A stretch of DNA of 64,000 nt from Candidatus Brocadiia bacterium (GCA_050015075.1 JBEKCB010000008.1:32001-96000); one strand, 5' to 3'; shown: positions 28,957 to 38,477, counted from the first letter of the stretch. Notes: generated by a model not told the origin, from the sequence alone. Made by a program: numbers and translations.

Positions 28957-29496
28957 ACGGCGCCCTCCGCACGACAGTTAGCGATCAAGCCACATATGTA
29001 TGCTACCACTGGTATCACCCGTGTCAAGCATTTTTTCAAGCGTCGGCCAGCTTTAAGCACTGGTCCGAGTCGTGATTTCCCGTATGATCGGCGGTTCACA
29101 GTCATCGTGAAACTGGTTGCCATGATTCTATCGGTCCAGAGTCAGAAAATAACTTAGAGTTTCCGTTCCAGCCGGTTGAAAAGCGCTGTCAACTGCTTCC
29201 CATGAAGGAAGATACACAACAGCTACGCCGGCGGATTGCAATCCACATCCGGCCAATTCGCGCTCACATATTCGCTCGTTTTGCGCGAACGTGCCGGTCC
29301 GCACGCCCCGGCGGAGCCGATTATAACGCGCGCGGCACAACACAACCAAATCCTGGGGGCGTTTCGATGCAAAAGAGGCCTGTGGCATTGACCGGATGAC
29401 TCGGTCGCCCTATTTGAGATCACACCTCTCAGGCGGGTTTTCGGCGGTCTGTCGGTACGCGGGGGTTATGAAGAATCCGAACCGCAGGCTTGCCGC

Positions 29497-30837
29497 TCAT
29501 GCGCCGCGCCCCTTTTCCCATAGCTTACGCAGCAACGCGAGATCGGCGTCCACCATAGTGGCCACTCCGGCCACGCTCGGCCGGGCGCTGTGGGCGGTCA
29601 GCGACTCGTAGCCGCCGGCGCGCCAGGCTTGTTCGGTGACCATGTAGCCCAGGTAGTCGCCGCCGAGTTCCACGCAGAACGTCCAGGGGAACGGGCTCTC
29701 CGCCTTGATCTTCAAGCCCCACTCGATGAAGACTTCGCCCGGCAGACTGGCGAAGGCGACATCGCCGATCCGCCACGCCTGCAGGAGCGTCCGGTCCTCC
29801 GTCCTGCCCGCCCGGCGCATGCGCGCGATCTCCCGGCGGAAAACCTCCTGCGCCTCCGGAGACCACTGCGAGGCGCGGATGCGCGCTTCCGGGTCCGCCG
29901 CGAGGTCGCGCCAGGGGACCGTGATCTCCTGCTTCAGCGCTCCCAGCGGAACAGGCTCGAGGCCGGCCTTCCGCTTCTCCAGCCGCTGGATGATGGCGCG
30001 CGCCAGCGCGTCGCCCACCTCGCGGTACTTCAGGGTCGGGTTGATGTCGCCGAACGTGCCCGGCACGAAGATCGGCACCACGCCCGGCCCGAACCGCTCG
30101 CGGAGCCGCGCTGCGACCACGGCGGGATAGTCGGCGCTGAAGCAGGGCCCGAAGTTCGCGTTCGTGTGGAGCGAGTAATGCCACAGGACGGCGATGGGGG
30201 GCCCGCCCGTTCGACGTTGCTCAGGGCGGCCCTGAGTTCCATCGAATGGGCCTGCGGCGTCGTCGAAGCAGAGGATGCCCACCTCCGGGTCAACGGGCGC
30301 GGCGGAGCCGAGGCACTGGACCTCCTCTTCGCCCGCGTGCAGCAGCCAGATGTTGATCTCGCGGCCGTCCTTGTACTTGTATCGGCGGTTCTGAAGGACG
30401 TGCTGGCAGTAGGCGCGCTCGCGGCTCATCCGCGCGGGGCGCATGGAACGGCAGGCGGCCTCGACCGCGTCCGCGAATTTGCCGGGAATGCCCGCGAGCC
30501 AGGCCTCGTCAATCGGAAACGCGTCCTCAAACAGCCGGACCGTGTACGGCCCGGTGTGCGTGTGGCTGGCGGCCCAGACGATGTTCTGCTCCGGGATGCC
30601 GGTCCGCAGCGCGGCCAGCGACACGGCCGCGTCGCCTTCCTTGCGTTCGAGCGCGATCAAGTCCAGCAGCACATACGCCAGCTTGACTCCGCCGGACGAG
30701 AGGACAATGGCTTTGATCGTGAGCGGATCCTGCACCCCCTCGGACTTGCGCGGCTTAAGGTCACCGGCCAGCGCGGTGCCGACCGGCGGCGTGATGTCCA
30801 CCTCCGCCGCGCCCGCCATGAGCATATCCGAATCCAT
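29497..30837 (-). CDS. Neutral/alkaline ceramidase-like hydrolase (carries an in-frame palindrome insert)
   Basis: AGAAEVDITP, DPL, ASHTHTGP, SADYP, GDINP, LPGEVF, GGYE. Confidence 0.85.
   Translation of the reverse strand: MDSDMLMAGAAEVDITPPVGTALAGDLKPRKSEGVQDPLTIKAIVLSSGGVKLAYVLLDLIALERKEGDAAVSLAALRTGIPEQNIVWAASHTHTGPYTVRLFEDAFPIDEAWLAGIPGKFADAVEAACRSMRPARMSRERAYCQHVLQNRRYKYKDGREINIWLLHAGEEEVQCLGSAAPVDPEVGILCFDDAAGPFDGTQGRPEQRRTGGPPIAVLWHYSLHTNANFGPCFSADYPAVVAARLRERFGPGVVPIFVPGTFGDINPTLKYREVGDALARAIIQRLEKRKAGLEPVPLGALKQEITVPWRDLAADPEARIRASQWSPEAQEVFRREIARMRRAGRTEDRTLLQAWRIGDVAFASLPGEVFIEWGLKIKAESPFPWTFCVELGGDYLGYMVTEQAWRAGGYESLTAHSARPSVAGVATMVDADLALLRKLWEKGRGA
30205..30251. repeat. Palindromic element inserted in frame in a CDS
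   Basis: GCCCGTTCGA-CGTTG-CTCAGGGC-G-GCCCTGAG-TTCCA-TCGAATGGGC. Confidence 0.85.
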
Positions 30838-30855
30838 CGCGTATCCTCCCCGCTG

Positions 30856-30904
30856 GTAGTGTGCCCGTCAGGGCATACGAAATAGCGCCTGACGGCGCCA
30901 CTAC
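30856..30904. repeat. GTAG-class REP doublet (REPIN-like)
   Basis: GTAG-TGTGCCC-GTCA-GGGCATA and an inverted GTAG-TGGCGCC-GTCA-GGCGCTA. Confidence 0.8.
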
Positions 30905-30911
30905 AAGCGCC

Positions 30912-31991
30912 CTACCAGTTGAACTGGGGCACGTCCATCCACACGCCGCCCTTCATGGCTGACTCATGGGCGATGATGCCCGGCACGGTGAAGTCCATGG
31001 AACGGATCACGTCAATCGGCGGACGCGCATCCCGCTCGATGGCCGCGAGGAAGTCGCGGATCATGTAGTACTCCGACGTCCCATGTCCGCCCTGGCGCGC
31101 CTCGGCGGGAGCGTTCGGGTCGGAGACCTCGCACGGGATGGCGCGCGTCCGGTTGGGCGGGTCCTCCTTCAGGCTGAAGTAGAGCCCTTCGCCCCGGTCG
31201 CGCTGGTTCTCCAGGTGTCCGGCCGTGCCGTAGAGCGAGTACCAGACCATGTGCGGCCGCGCCGCCACCTGGCTGCGGAGGATCTTGACCACCGCGCCTT
31301 TCTCGGTCTGGAAGATCCCGGTCTCGAAATCGAGGAACCCCGGATGCTCCTGGTATTCGGGCATCTTGTTGAACCCGGTCGTCAGGCCGCAGCCGCGGAC
31401 GATGCGGTCGTTCATCAGCATCAGGATCGGCCCGAGCGTGTGCGCGCAATACCAGATGGGCGGCCGGTCATGTCGCCAGTGAAACTGGCCGGTCTTCTCG
31501 TCCACGAGCCGGTCAATGATCTCGTGGATGTATTCTCCCTCGGCGTAATAGATCTTGCCCAGCTTGCCCGCGGCGACGATCTTCTGCCATTCGCGGACGT
31601 AGTGGAAGTAGCAGTAATTCTCCGCCATCATGTACGCGAGCCCGGTCTTCCGGACGGTCTCGACGATGCGCGCGCAATCGGCGACGGTGTAAGCTGCCGT
31701 CTGCTCGCAGAGCACGTGCCGCCCGCTCACCAGCGCCTGGATCGTCTGCTCCGCGTGAAAGGCGATCGGCGTGGCGATGAGCACGATGTCCATCGGCGCG
31801 TTCAGAAACGAATCGTAGTCGGCGTACAGGCGCTGATCCGGCAGATGGAACGCCTTGCCGACCTCCGCGAGCCGCGCCGGCGCGGTATCGCAGAGCGCGG
31901 TCACCTCGACGGCGGGATGCGCGCTGAACACATCCACGAACCCTCGCCCGCGCGAAAGCCCGACCAGCCCGACCTTCCACTTCTTCTTCAT
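30912..31991 (-). CDS. Gfo/Idh/MocA family oxidoreductase
   Basis: KVGLVG, IATP..HA, HVLCE, YMMAENYCY, YAEGEYIH, GGHG. Confidence 0.9.
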   Translation of the reverse strand: MKKKWKVGLVGLSRGRGFVDVFSAHPAVEVTALCDTAPARLAEVGKAFHLPDQRLYADYDSFLNAPMDIVLIATPIAFHAEQTIQALVSGRHVLCEQTAAYTVADCARIVETVRKTGLAYMMAENYCYFHYVREWQKIVAAGKLGKIYYAEGEYIHEIIDRLVDEKTGQFHWRHDRPPIWYCAHTLGPILMLMNDRIVRGCGLTTGFNKMPEYQEHPGFLDFETGIFQTEKGAVVKILRSQVAARPHMVWYSLYGTAGHLENQRDRGEGLYFSLKEDPPNRTRAIPCEVSDPNAPAEARQGGHGTSEYYMIRDFLAAIERDARPPIDVIRSMDFTVPGIIAHESAMKGGVWMDVPQFNW

Positions 31992-32100
31992 GTTCCGCAC
32001 CTTCCCAAGGTAACCTCTGCCCTGTCGGCCACCGTCGAGTCTTTCGGCAGCCGGCCGGTCTTGAGGCTATAACAGCCGGCTTGGCTTTCGTCAAGAGAAC

Positions 32101-33978
32101 TTATTCTCTCGCGCCGGCCTGGAGTAAGGCGTCTCGCATATCCTTGCAAGACGTTTTCCCCGCATAATCAAGGGGCCGGAAACCGTCGCCGTCCTCCGCG
32201 TTTACGTCGGCGCCGTTCGCGATAAGCAGTTTGGCGTCAGCGACGTTGTAGGAACTTGCCAGTATATGCAAGGGGGTGCTTCCGTCATTGGCTCGCGCGT
32301 TGACGTTCGCGCCGCCGGCCAGGAGCACTTTTATCAAGTCGTCATTTCCGTCCGATTTCCACTTCCATCTAATCTTGTGCAATGGTGTGTCACCCCACCG
32401 GTCTTTGGCATTGACATCGGCGCCTGCGGCCAGCAGGACCTTTGCGACGTCGGCGTCTTCCGCCGCGTGGAGCGGAGTCCAGCCATCTGTGTTGCGCACG
32501 GTCACGTCCGCGCCATGCGACAGTAGTGTTTCTGCAGCTAATGCGTCGCCGCCATAGCAGGCTCTATGCAGCGGCGTATTACCAAAGATGTCAGCCGAGC
32601 GTGCGTCGGCCCCATGTGCCAGAAGCAAGTCTACAGTCGGGTTCTTGCCCCACTCCACGGCGTTGTCCAATGGCGTTCTGCCCTCCTCATCTCTTGCATT
32701 CACGTCAGCGCTTTTGGACAAGAGCAACTCGACGAGCTCTGCATTTTCGGCACAATGAAGGGCAGTCCTCCGCCTGTCGTCGCGAGCGTGAATCAGTCTG
32801 GGGCGAGCCAGCAGAATAGCCCTGGCCCACGCCACGTTTCCAAGCCGGGCCGCATTGATGAGCACTTCGCCGCGCAATTGCAGCAGAACGGCCGCCAGGC
32901 AGAGTGCGACAAGAAAGCAGGTGATGACGCCCGCGGCGCGGGCAATCCGTGCAGCGTTGTGTGCAGAGTTGCGCCCCGTCGCCCCTAATCCCATTTTGCG
33001 CTCTTTGCGCCGCCGGATCAGCCATGCGGCAATGTAGGTGACAACAGCGAGTCCCGTGCTCAGCGCGATCAGGCTCGAAGCGCTCATTCCAAAGCCCATG
33101 TCCCAGAACACATCGTAGATGTCCCACGTCGTGGCCGGATTATACCCGCACAACCCTGCCAGGGGCTTTGGCAGGCTGAAGAGAACGACCGTGTCGAAAG
33201 GCCGCGAAATGCCGCCAAGCAATTGGAACCACACGGCCATCCACGGGTACAACACCCAGCCGCTTGGGTTCAGCCTGCCGAAAGCTGGGCAATACCCGAG
33301 AAAGTTGGGCAGAGAAAGCAGGATCGGGAGAAGCCCAATGTGCAGCGCCCACCGCCAGGGTTTCAGCCTGCGGAGCCACGGCCAGAAGCCGAACACTACT
33401 ACGCCGCTGAGATAGAGGAACTCCAGCGGTGCGTACATCGGGTACCGCCGAAACTTGGGCCACGCCTGCTCGAAACTCTTCTCTGCCTTCAGCCACTGCC
33501 TGCCGCCGGCGTAGAGTCGTCGCCCGAGACGCTCCCTCATCACTTCATGCTCCTGCTCCAGCAACGCGGCGACATTCGAAAGATTCCCTCCGGCCGCGCG
33601 CCATTTCTTGTAGACGCGCAGCGTATCCGTCAGCGGGCCTTTCTTGCCGAGCTCAGCATCGAGCTTTTGGATCACCTCTGGAAGGTAAGCGAGCGCGTCT
33701 GACTCTTTGAGCGCATACAAGACAGCGCCAGAAAACCCGTCACTATAGTAAATCCAAAGGCCGTCCCGCGCCGGTCGTATCCCGAGGGCCTCGTCCCCAT
33801 GTATGGAATCGAAGGTTGCCAGTTTCACTCTGCAGGCTGCATACCAGAATCCTGCCGGCGCGCCCTGCCGCACCGGCCGCATGAGCGGCACAAGGCAGAT
33901 CAGCACCACTGCCATGGCAAGGATCGGCACCGCCATGACAGCCAGCTTCGCTTTAGTTGATAGGCCCCTTCCGTTCAT
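32101..33978 (-). CDS. Membrane protein with C-terminal ankyrin repeats
   Basis: Multiple TM segments followed by about 7-8 TPLH..GADVN repeats. Confidence 0.88.
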   Translation of the reverse strand: MNGRGLSTKAKLAVMAVPILAMAVVLICLVPLMRPVRQGAPAGFWYAACRVKLATFDSIHGDEALGIRPARDGLWIYYSDGFSGAVLYALKESDALAYLPEVIQKLDAELGKKGPLTDTLRVYKKWRAAGGNLSNVAALLEQEHEVMRERLGRRLYAGGRQWLKAEKSFEQAWPKFRRYPMYAPLEFLYLSGVVVFGFWPWLRRLKPWRWALHIGLLPILLSLPNFLGYCPAFGRLNPSGWVLYPWMAVWFQLLGGISRPFDTVVLFSLPKPLAGLCGYNPATTWDIYDVFWDMGFGMSASSLIALSTGLAVVTYIAAWLIRRRKERKMGLGATGRNSAHNAARIARAAGVITCFLVALCLAAVLLQLRGEVLINAARLGNVAWARAILLARPRLIHARDDRRRTALHCAENAELVELLLSKSADVNARDEEGRTPLDNAVEWGKNPTVDLLLAHGADARSADIFGNTPLHRACYGGDALAAETLLSHGADVTVRNTDGWTPLHAAEDADVAKVLLAAGADVNAKDRWGDTPLHKIRWKWKSDGNDDLIKVLLAGGANVNARANDGSTPLHILASSYNVADAKLLIANGADVNAEDGDGFRPLDYAGKTSCKDMRDALLQAGARE

Positions 33979-34014
33979 GATCGCAATCCCTGACCTTGCA
34001 GTCCCGCGAAAAGG

Positions 34015-35373
34015 CTAGTGGGTGTCCGCCGGCGAACTGCTTGTCTCTTTCCGATAACGCTCCAGATTCTCGGCCTGCTTCTTGAGGATTTCGGCCAGGC
34101 TGATTCGGAAGTCCCACCGGTACTCCCGGCGGACATCCTCGGGCGGATGAGCTGACACGACCGGTGCGCCTTCCTCGATCTTGTACTCGAAGTCCGATTC
34201 AGTGAAGGGGTCCTTCGGCAGTCCCTGCGGGAAATATGCGCGCAGGGCTTCGAGAGAGGTCGGATATTCCCCCGTTTCGGCCTCGTGTAGCGCCGAAGCG
34301 GCAAGAATTTTGCTCATGGCAAAGCGCGCATTGTCCCGCGTGAAGTCCGCGTAAATTCCCGCCCCGATACCGGCGAAGTTCCCCACAAGCGGGTTATCCG
34401 GATACGTCTGCCCTGCGGCGGGCTTGCCCAGTTCTTTCATGTGTTCGATCCGGGCTTTGATGCGCGGCCGAGCGTCAGCGAAGCTCCCTTCGCCGGCTTT
34501 CGCCATTTCGGAGAGTTCTTCGCCGACCTGATCCGCCCACTTGCCATAGGTCGCCTTGCGCTCATCAGGCTTGAGGCGACGAAGTTGCCCGATGAGGCCC
34601 TTCCGGCCTGCGGCGAGCTCAGTGAGAACCGTCCTGAACCAGTCGTTGTCCAACGCCTGAAGGGCTGTATCGAGATCCGCATCGGTAAACAGGGTCTCCC
34701 TCTTCAACATGAGAGGCACGCGCTTTGCGTCATCGGCGATGCAGGCGGAAAACGAGAGCGGCCGCGTAGACAATTCGACAAGCCGAACCATCAGTACGCG
34801 GATGGCCGCCTTTCCTGGCTTCCGTGCCAGGAACTCGTTCATGCCTGCCAAATTGCTCTGCAATACCGCAGTCCCAGTAACCGCGTACATTAAGGTGGGG
34901 CACTGGCAGAGATGGACCGAATATTGGACGGCGTCCGCATGCACCTGCGCTGCGCGCTCAAGTTGTCCCTGTCCCTCCAGCATGGTGGCAGCCGCACATG
35001 TGCGTCTGCCCAGGTCTGTGAGCCTTCCCAGAGGAGGGATTGCTAAGCCATCCTGGGCCGCAAGGTCGAAGTCGCATTGAGTGCGCGCGGCGCCGATGTG
35101 GAGCATGTCCATCGCCTTGCCGCGCTCAAGATCTTGCTCCAGGAATGCCACGTCAGCATGGCTTTCGATGAAGAACTTCGGCCCCAGGAACGTCCTGGCT
35201 TCAATGTCGTCGAGGACCTTGTCCTCTTTCTCATTGGACGGCCAAGTCAATACCGACGCCGCGCACCAGTAATGAACGGCCGCATTGCCGGGATGCCCTG
35301 CTTCCTCCGTCCAAGCGGGCGGTGCAACGCTCAGCGCCAGCGTCAACCAGAGAATACTGTGGAAGACGCGCAT
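34015..35373 (-). CDS. Hypothetical secreted helical protein with C-terminal GspG-like motif
   Basis: Signal peptide, NAAVHY, ETGEYPTSLEAL..LPKDPFT..FEY; RBS GGGAGG. Confidence 0.7.
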   Translation of the reverse strand: MRVFHSILWLTLALSVAPPAWTEEAGHPGNAAVHYWCAASVLTWPSNEKEDKVLDDIEARTFLGPKFFIESHADVAFLEQDLERGKAMDMLHIGAARTQCDFDLAAQDGLAIPPLGRLTDLGRRTCAAATMLEGQGQLERAAQVHADAVQYSVHLCQCPTLMYAVTGTAVLQSNLAGMNEFLARKPGKAAIRVLMVRLVELSTRPLSFSACIADDAKRVPLMLKRETLFTDADLDTALQALDNDWFRTVLTELAAGRKGLIGQLRRLKPDERKATYGKWADQVGEELSEMAKAGEGSFADARPRIKARIEHMKELGKPAAGQTYPDNPLVGNFAGIGAGIYADFTRDNARFAMSKILAASALHEAETGEYPTSLEALRAYFPQGLPKDPFTESDFEYKIEEGAPVVSAHPPEDVRREYRWDFRISLAEILKKQAENLERYRKETSSSPADTH

Positions 35374-35409
35374 CCAAGACCTCCCTTCATCATCCCACCT
35401 AACGACGGT

Positions 35410-35509
35410 CAAACATCAAATGTCATATTCTCACGACTGAAGTCGCACCCGTCAAGCAGTTTTTGGGGTCTGCCGAAAACTTGACAGCGGCAATTCGTCC
35501 CTATAATGT
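35410..35509. promoter_or_regulatory. Back-to-back divergent promoters, each duplicated elsewhere in the window
   Basis: Minus strand TTGACG-17-GAGAAT; plus strand TTGACA-17-TAATGT. Confidence 0.7.
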
Positions 35510-35544
35510 GATCACACTTGGACAAAATTCTTTGGGAGCCGACC

Positions 35545-37605
35545 ATGCCCTGCATGAAGATTCTAGCCATGCTGGTTCTCATCGCCTCGCTGGCCGCCGC
35601 CGAGCCGGCGCATCCGTCGCTGCCGGGTCCGGTGATCCCCGACGGCGTGGGCGTGAATATCCATTTCACCGACGCGCAGCCGGGCGAGATGGAAATGCTC
35701 GCTGCGGCCGGGTTCCGCTGGGTGCGGATGGATTTCGTCTGGTCGGCGACCGAGCGCGAACGCGGGCGATATGATTTCGCGGCTTATGACCGGCTGATGC
35801 AGTCGCTCGACGCGCACAGCATGCGCGCGCTGCTCATCCTCGATTACGGCAATGCGCTGTACGAACCGGAGAACGCCGTCGCGACCGACGCGGGCCGGCA
35901 GGCCTTTGCTCGATGGGCGGCGGCCGCCGCGGCACATTTCAAGGGCCGCGGCATCCTCTGGGAAATCTGGAACGAGCCGAACATTGATGTCTTCTGGAAA
36001 CCCACGGCCGATGTCCGGCAATACGCCGCCCTCGCGCTGGCGGCCGCCAGGGCCATCCGCGCAGCCGCACCCGGCGAGGCGATCATCGGGCCGGCGACCT
36101 CGGGAATGGATTTCCGTTTTCTCGAAGAGTGTTTCAAGGCCGGCCTGCTCGAATGGTGGGACGCCGTGTCGGTGCATCCGTACCGGCGGTCCGATCCCGA
36201 AAGCGCGGCGGTTGACTACGCGAAGTTGCAGCGCTTGATCGCCCGGTACGCGCCGGCGAACAAGACGATCCCGATCCTCTCCAGCGAGTGGGGCTATTCC
36301 TCTGCGTGGAAGGGCTTCGACCAGGACAAGATGCTCGCGCGCCAATGGCTGACCAACCTGGCCAACCGAATCCCGCTCTCGATCTGGTACGACTGGCACG
36401 ACGACGGCGCAGACCCGAACAACGACGAAGACCACTACGGCACGGTCGCGCTGCCCTATCACTCGGGGCGAGACCCGGTTTACGATCCGAAGCCCGCCTG
36501 GCGCGCCGCGAAAACGCTGACCACCGTCCTCGGCGGCTGCCGCTTTGCGAAGCAACTGGCCACAGGCCGCCCCGACGATTTCGCCGTGCTCTTCGAACGC
36601 GCCGGCCAAGTGCGCCTGGCCCTTTGGACAACGTCGCGCCAACCGCACGAGGTGACGTTGCCTTCCAGTCCCGGCTCGTTCGAACTCGTCTCGCACGTCG
36701 GCGAGCGGCGCGGGACCGTCACCGTGCAAGGCGACAGCTTCACGCTCACCGCCACCGATGCCCCGCAGTATCTCCTCTTCAATGGGCCGAACCCCGCGCT
36801 TGCCGACGCTCCGGCGATTCACCCGCTGCGGGCAACCGTGTCGCCGGTCATGGGAATGACGCTTGTCGTTCACGTAGAGAACCTCGTTGACGCCGCCTTC
36901 AAAGGCCGCGCGCGGCTTGTCGAGACCGACGGCCTGGAACCGGTCGCCGCGGAGCAGTCCTTGGAGTTCGCGGCGAGCGAGGCGGAAGCGACTCTGCGTT
37001 TTCCCATCGCCGCGAAACCTTCGCGCGCGTATAGCTTCGGTCTGCGCATCGAGAGCGCGGACGGCAGCTTGATTCTCGATCTTTCGTCGCGCTGCTACAC
37101 CGCCGTTCCGGATGAAGTCCTCACCGACTGCAAGATTTTTGCCGACGGTGATGCCAAGGTCGGCTCCGAACTTTCTGTGGCTGTCGCGCCCGCCCCGGAA
37201 CCGCTGCCCGGCTCGGAATCTCCCGCGCTCAAGGTCACGTATCGGATGGACGCCGGCTGGAAATTCCTACGCCTCGCCCCCGAGCGCGCCGACTTGCGCG
37301 CGATCGCCGGCGAGCCGAAGGCGTTTGGTATGTGGATTTACGGCAACGGCGGACAAACCAGCCCGCGCCTGCGCGTGACCGATTCCAATGGCCAGTGCTG
37401 GCAACCCATCGGCGATGAAATCAACTGGACGGGCTGGCGCTTCGTGGAATTCGACCTAAGTCCCGCCACGGATAACTGGGGCGGCGTCGCCGATAACGCA
37501 ATCCATTTCCCGCTGAAATGGGATTCCGTGTTCCTGCTTGACAAGTCCCGTGAGCAGCAGGCGCAAGGAATAATCTACCTAACCGCGCCGGTTGTGATTT
37601 ATTGA
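35545..37605 (+). CDS. Secreted GH-A clan glycoside hydrolase (GH5/GH39-like) with C-terminal CBM-like domain
   Basis: GVNIHF, WVRMDF, WEIWNEPN acid/base, VHPY, SEWG nucleophile. Confidence 0.85.
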   Translation: MPCMKILAMLVLIASLAAAEPAHPSLPGPVIPDGVGVNIHFTDAQPGEMEMLAAAGFRWVRMDFVWSATERERGRYDFAAYDRLMQSLDAHSMRALLILDYGNALYEPENAVATDAGRQAFARWAAAAAAHFKGRGILWEIWNEPNIDVFWKPTADVRQYAALALAAARAIRAAAPGEAIIGPATSGMDFRFLEECFKAGLLEWWDAVSVHPYRRSDPESAAVDYAKLQRLIARYAPANKTIPILSSEWGYSSAWKGFDQDKMLARQWLTNLANRIPLSIWYDWHDDGADPNNDEDHYGTVALPYHSGRDPVYDPKPAWRAAKTLTTVLGGCRFAKQLATGRPDDFAVLFERAGQVRLALWTTSRQPHEVTLPSSPGSFELVSHVGERRGTVTVQGDSFTLTATDAPQYLLFNGPNPALADAPAIHPLRATVSPVMGMTLVVHVENLVDAAFKGRARLVETDGLEPVAAEQSLEFAASEAEATLRFPIAAKPSRAYSFGLRIESADGSLILDLSSRCYTAVPDEVLTDCKIFADGDAKVGSELSVAVAPAPEPLPGSESPALKVTYRMDAGWKFLRLAPERADLRAIAGEPKAFGMWIYGNGGQTSPRLRVTDSNGQCWQPIGDEINWTGWRFVEFDLSPATDNWGGVADNAIHFPLKWDSVFLLDKSREQQAQGIIYLTAPVVIY

Positions 37606-37632
37606 TCCGGACAGTGTGGCTGTTGAAGAACT

Positions 37633-37718
37633 GTCATTCCGAACGAAGTGAGGAATCTCACACGCCGCGCATTAGTAATGGTTTATGGTGTGAGATGCTT
37701 CGCTGCGCTCAGCATGAC
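37633..37718. repeat. REP-like inverted element
   Basis: GTCATTCCGAACGAAGTGAGGAATCTCACAC ... GTGTGAGATGCTTCGCTGCGCTCAGCATGAC. Confidence 0.8.
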
Positions 37719-37850
37719 GCGGTCCAGACTTATGTATGTTATTCTGGGGCACTACACTTAGGTGGTCGGTTGTGAACGGCGAGGCTTGAGGCTGGAGAAA
37801 ATGCTTAGCGGCGGGAGCCGGCCGGCGATTGACGGATGCTTGCGCCTGGC

Positions 37851-38153
37851 TCACTTTGCGCGAGCGGCGAACGCGGCCTTTCTCTCGTTCTTATCTCTCA
37901 ACATCCGCACGAACCGGGCGTCCAATGTTCCAACGTCCACACCCTCAGCGGCGAACCCGTCCCTGACCTGTTGCGACGATATCTGCCCGTCCTGGACCCA
38001 GCCGCCGAGCGCGCCGATCATGTAGGCGATTTTGGTTTCAATCGCTTTGCGTCCGGTGGGGACCTTGGTCACTGCGAGGCGTCGTTGCAGGACGCCGATT
38101 TGGACGACGTGTGCGATTCGCGGTTTCGGCTCCAGCGTCATCTGCGTTTTCAT
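37851..38153 (-). CDS. Hypothetical 100-aa protein
   Basis: RBS GGAGG; co-oriented 36 bp after the clpS-like gene. Confidence 0.7.
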   Translation of the reverse strand: MKTQMTLEPKPRIAHVVQIGVLQRRLAVTKVPTGRKAIETKIAYMIGALGGWVQDGQISSQQVRDGFAAEGVDVGTLDARFVRMLRDKNERKAAFAARAK

Positions 38154-38189
38154 CCCTATCCCTCCAGCGTGCGGCGGATATCAAACAGG

Positions 38190-38477
38190 TCAACCTTCCG
38201 GCTCGATCGTCGCCGTGAGCTTTGCCAAGGTCAGCTTCTCGGCGTGACCGTTCGCCTGCTCCAACGTCTCGATGGCGCAGAGAGCCACTCCGTTATAGAG
38301 CGCCTCCGACGTGATCTCCTCGGCGCCGTTCCGGTTGAAGTAGAAGACCTCCTGAAGGACTTGCGCTACATAGCGGGCGACGTGAAGACCGTCGTGGTGA
38401 AGCAGCACCCGGTAGAGCGGCGTGCTGCCTCGTTGGTCGTTGACTTGCGGATCGGGTCGCACGGCATCGTCAGGCAT
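38190..38477 (-). CDS. clpS: Divergent ClpS-family protease adaptor
   Basis: PLYRVLLH.D...YV..VL.EVF..A..I..EA...G.A....LEQA...L.ATIEP. Confidence 0.8.
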   Translation of the reverse strand: MPDDAVRPDPQVNDQRGSTPLYRVLLHHDGLHVARYVAQVLQEVFYFNRNGAEEITSEALYNGVALCAIETLEQANGHAEKLTLAKLTATIEPEG

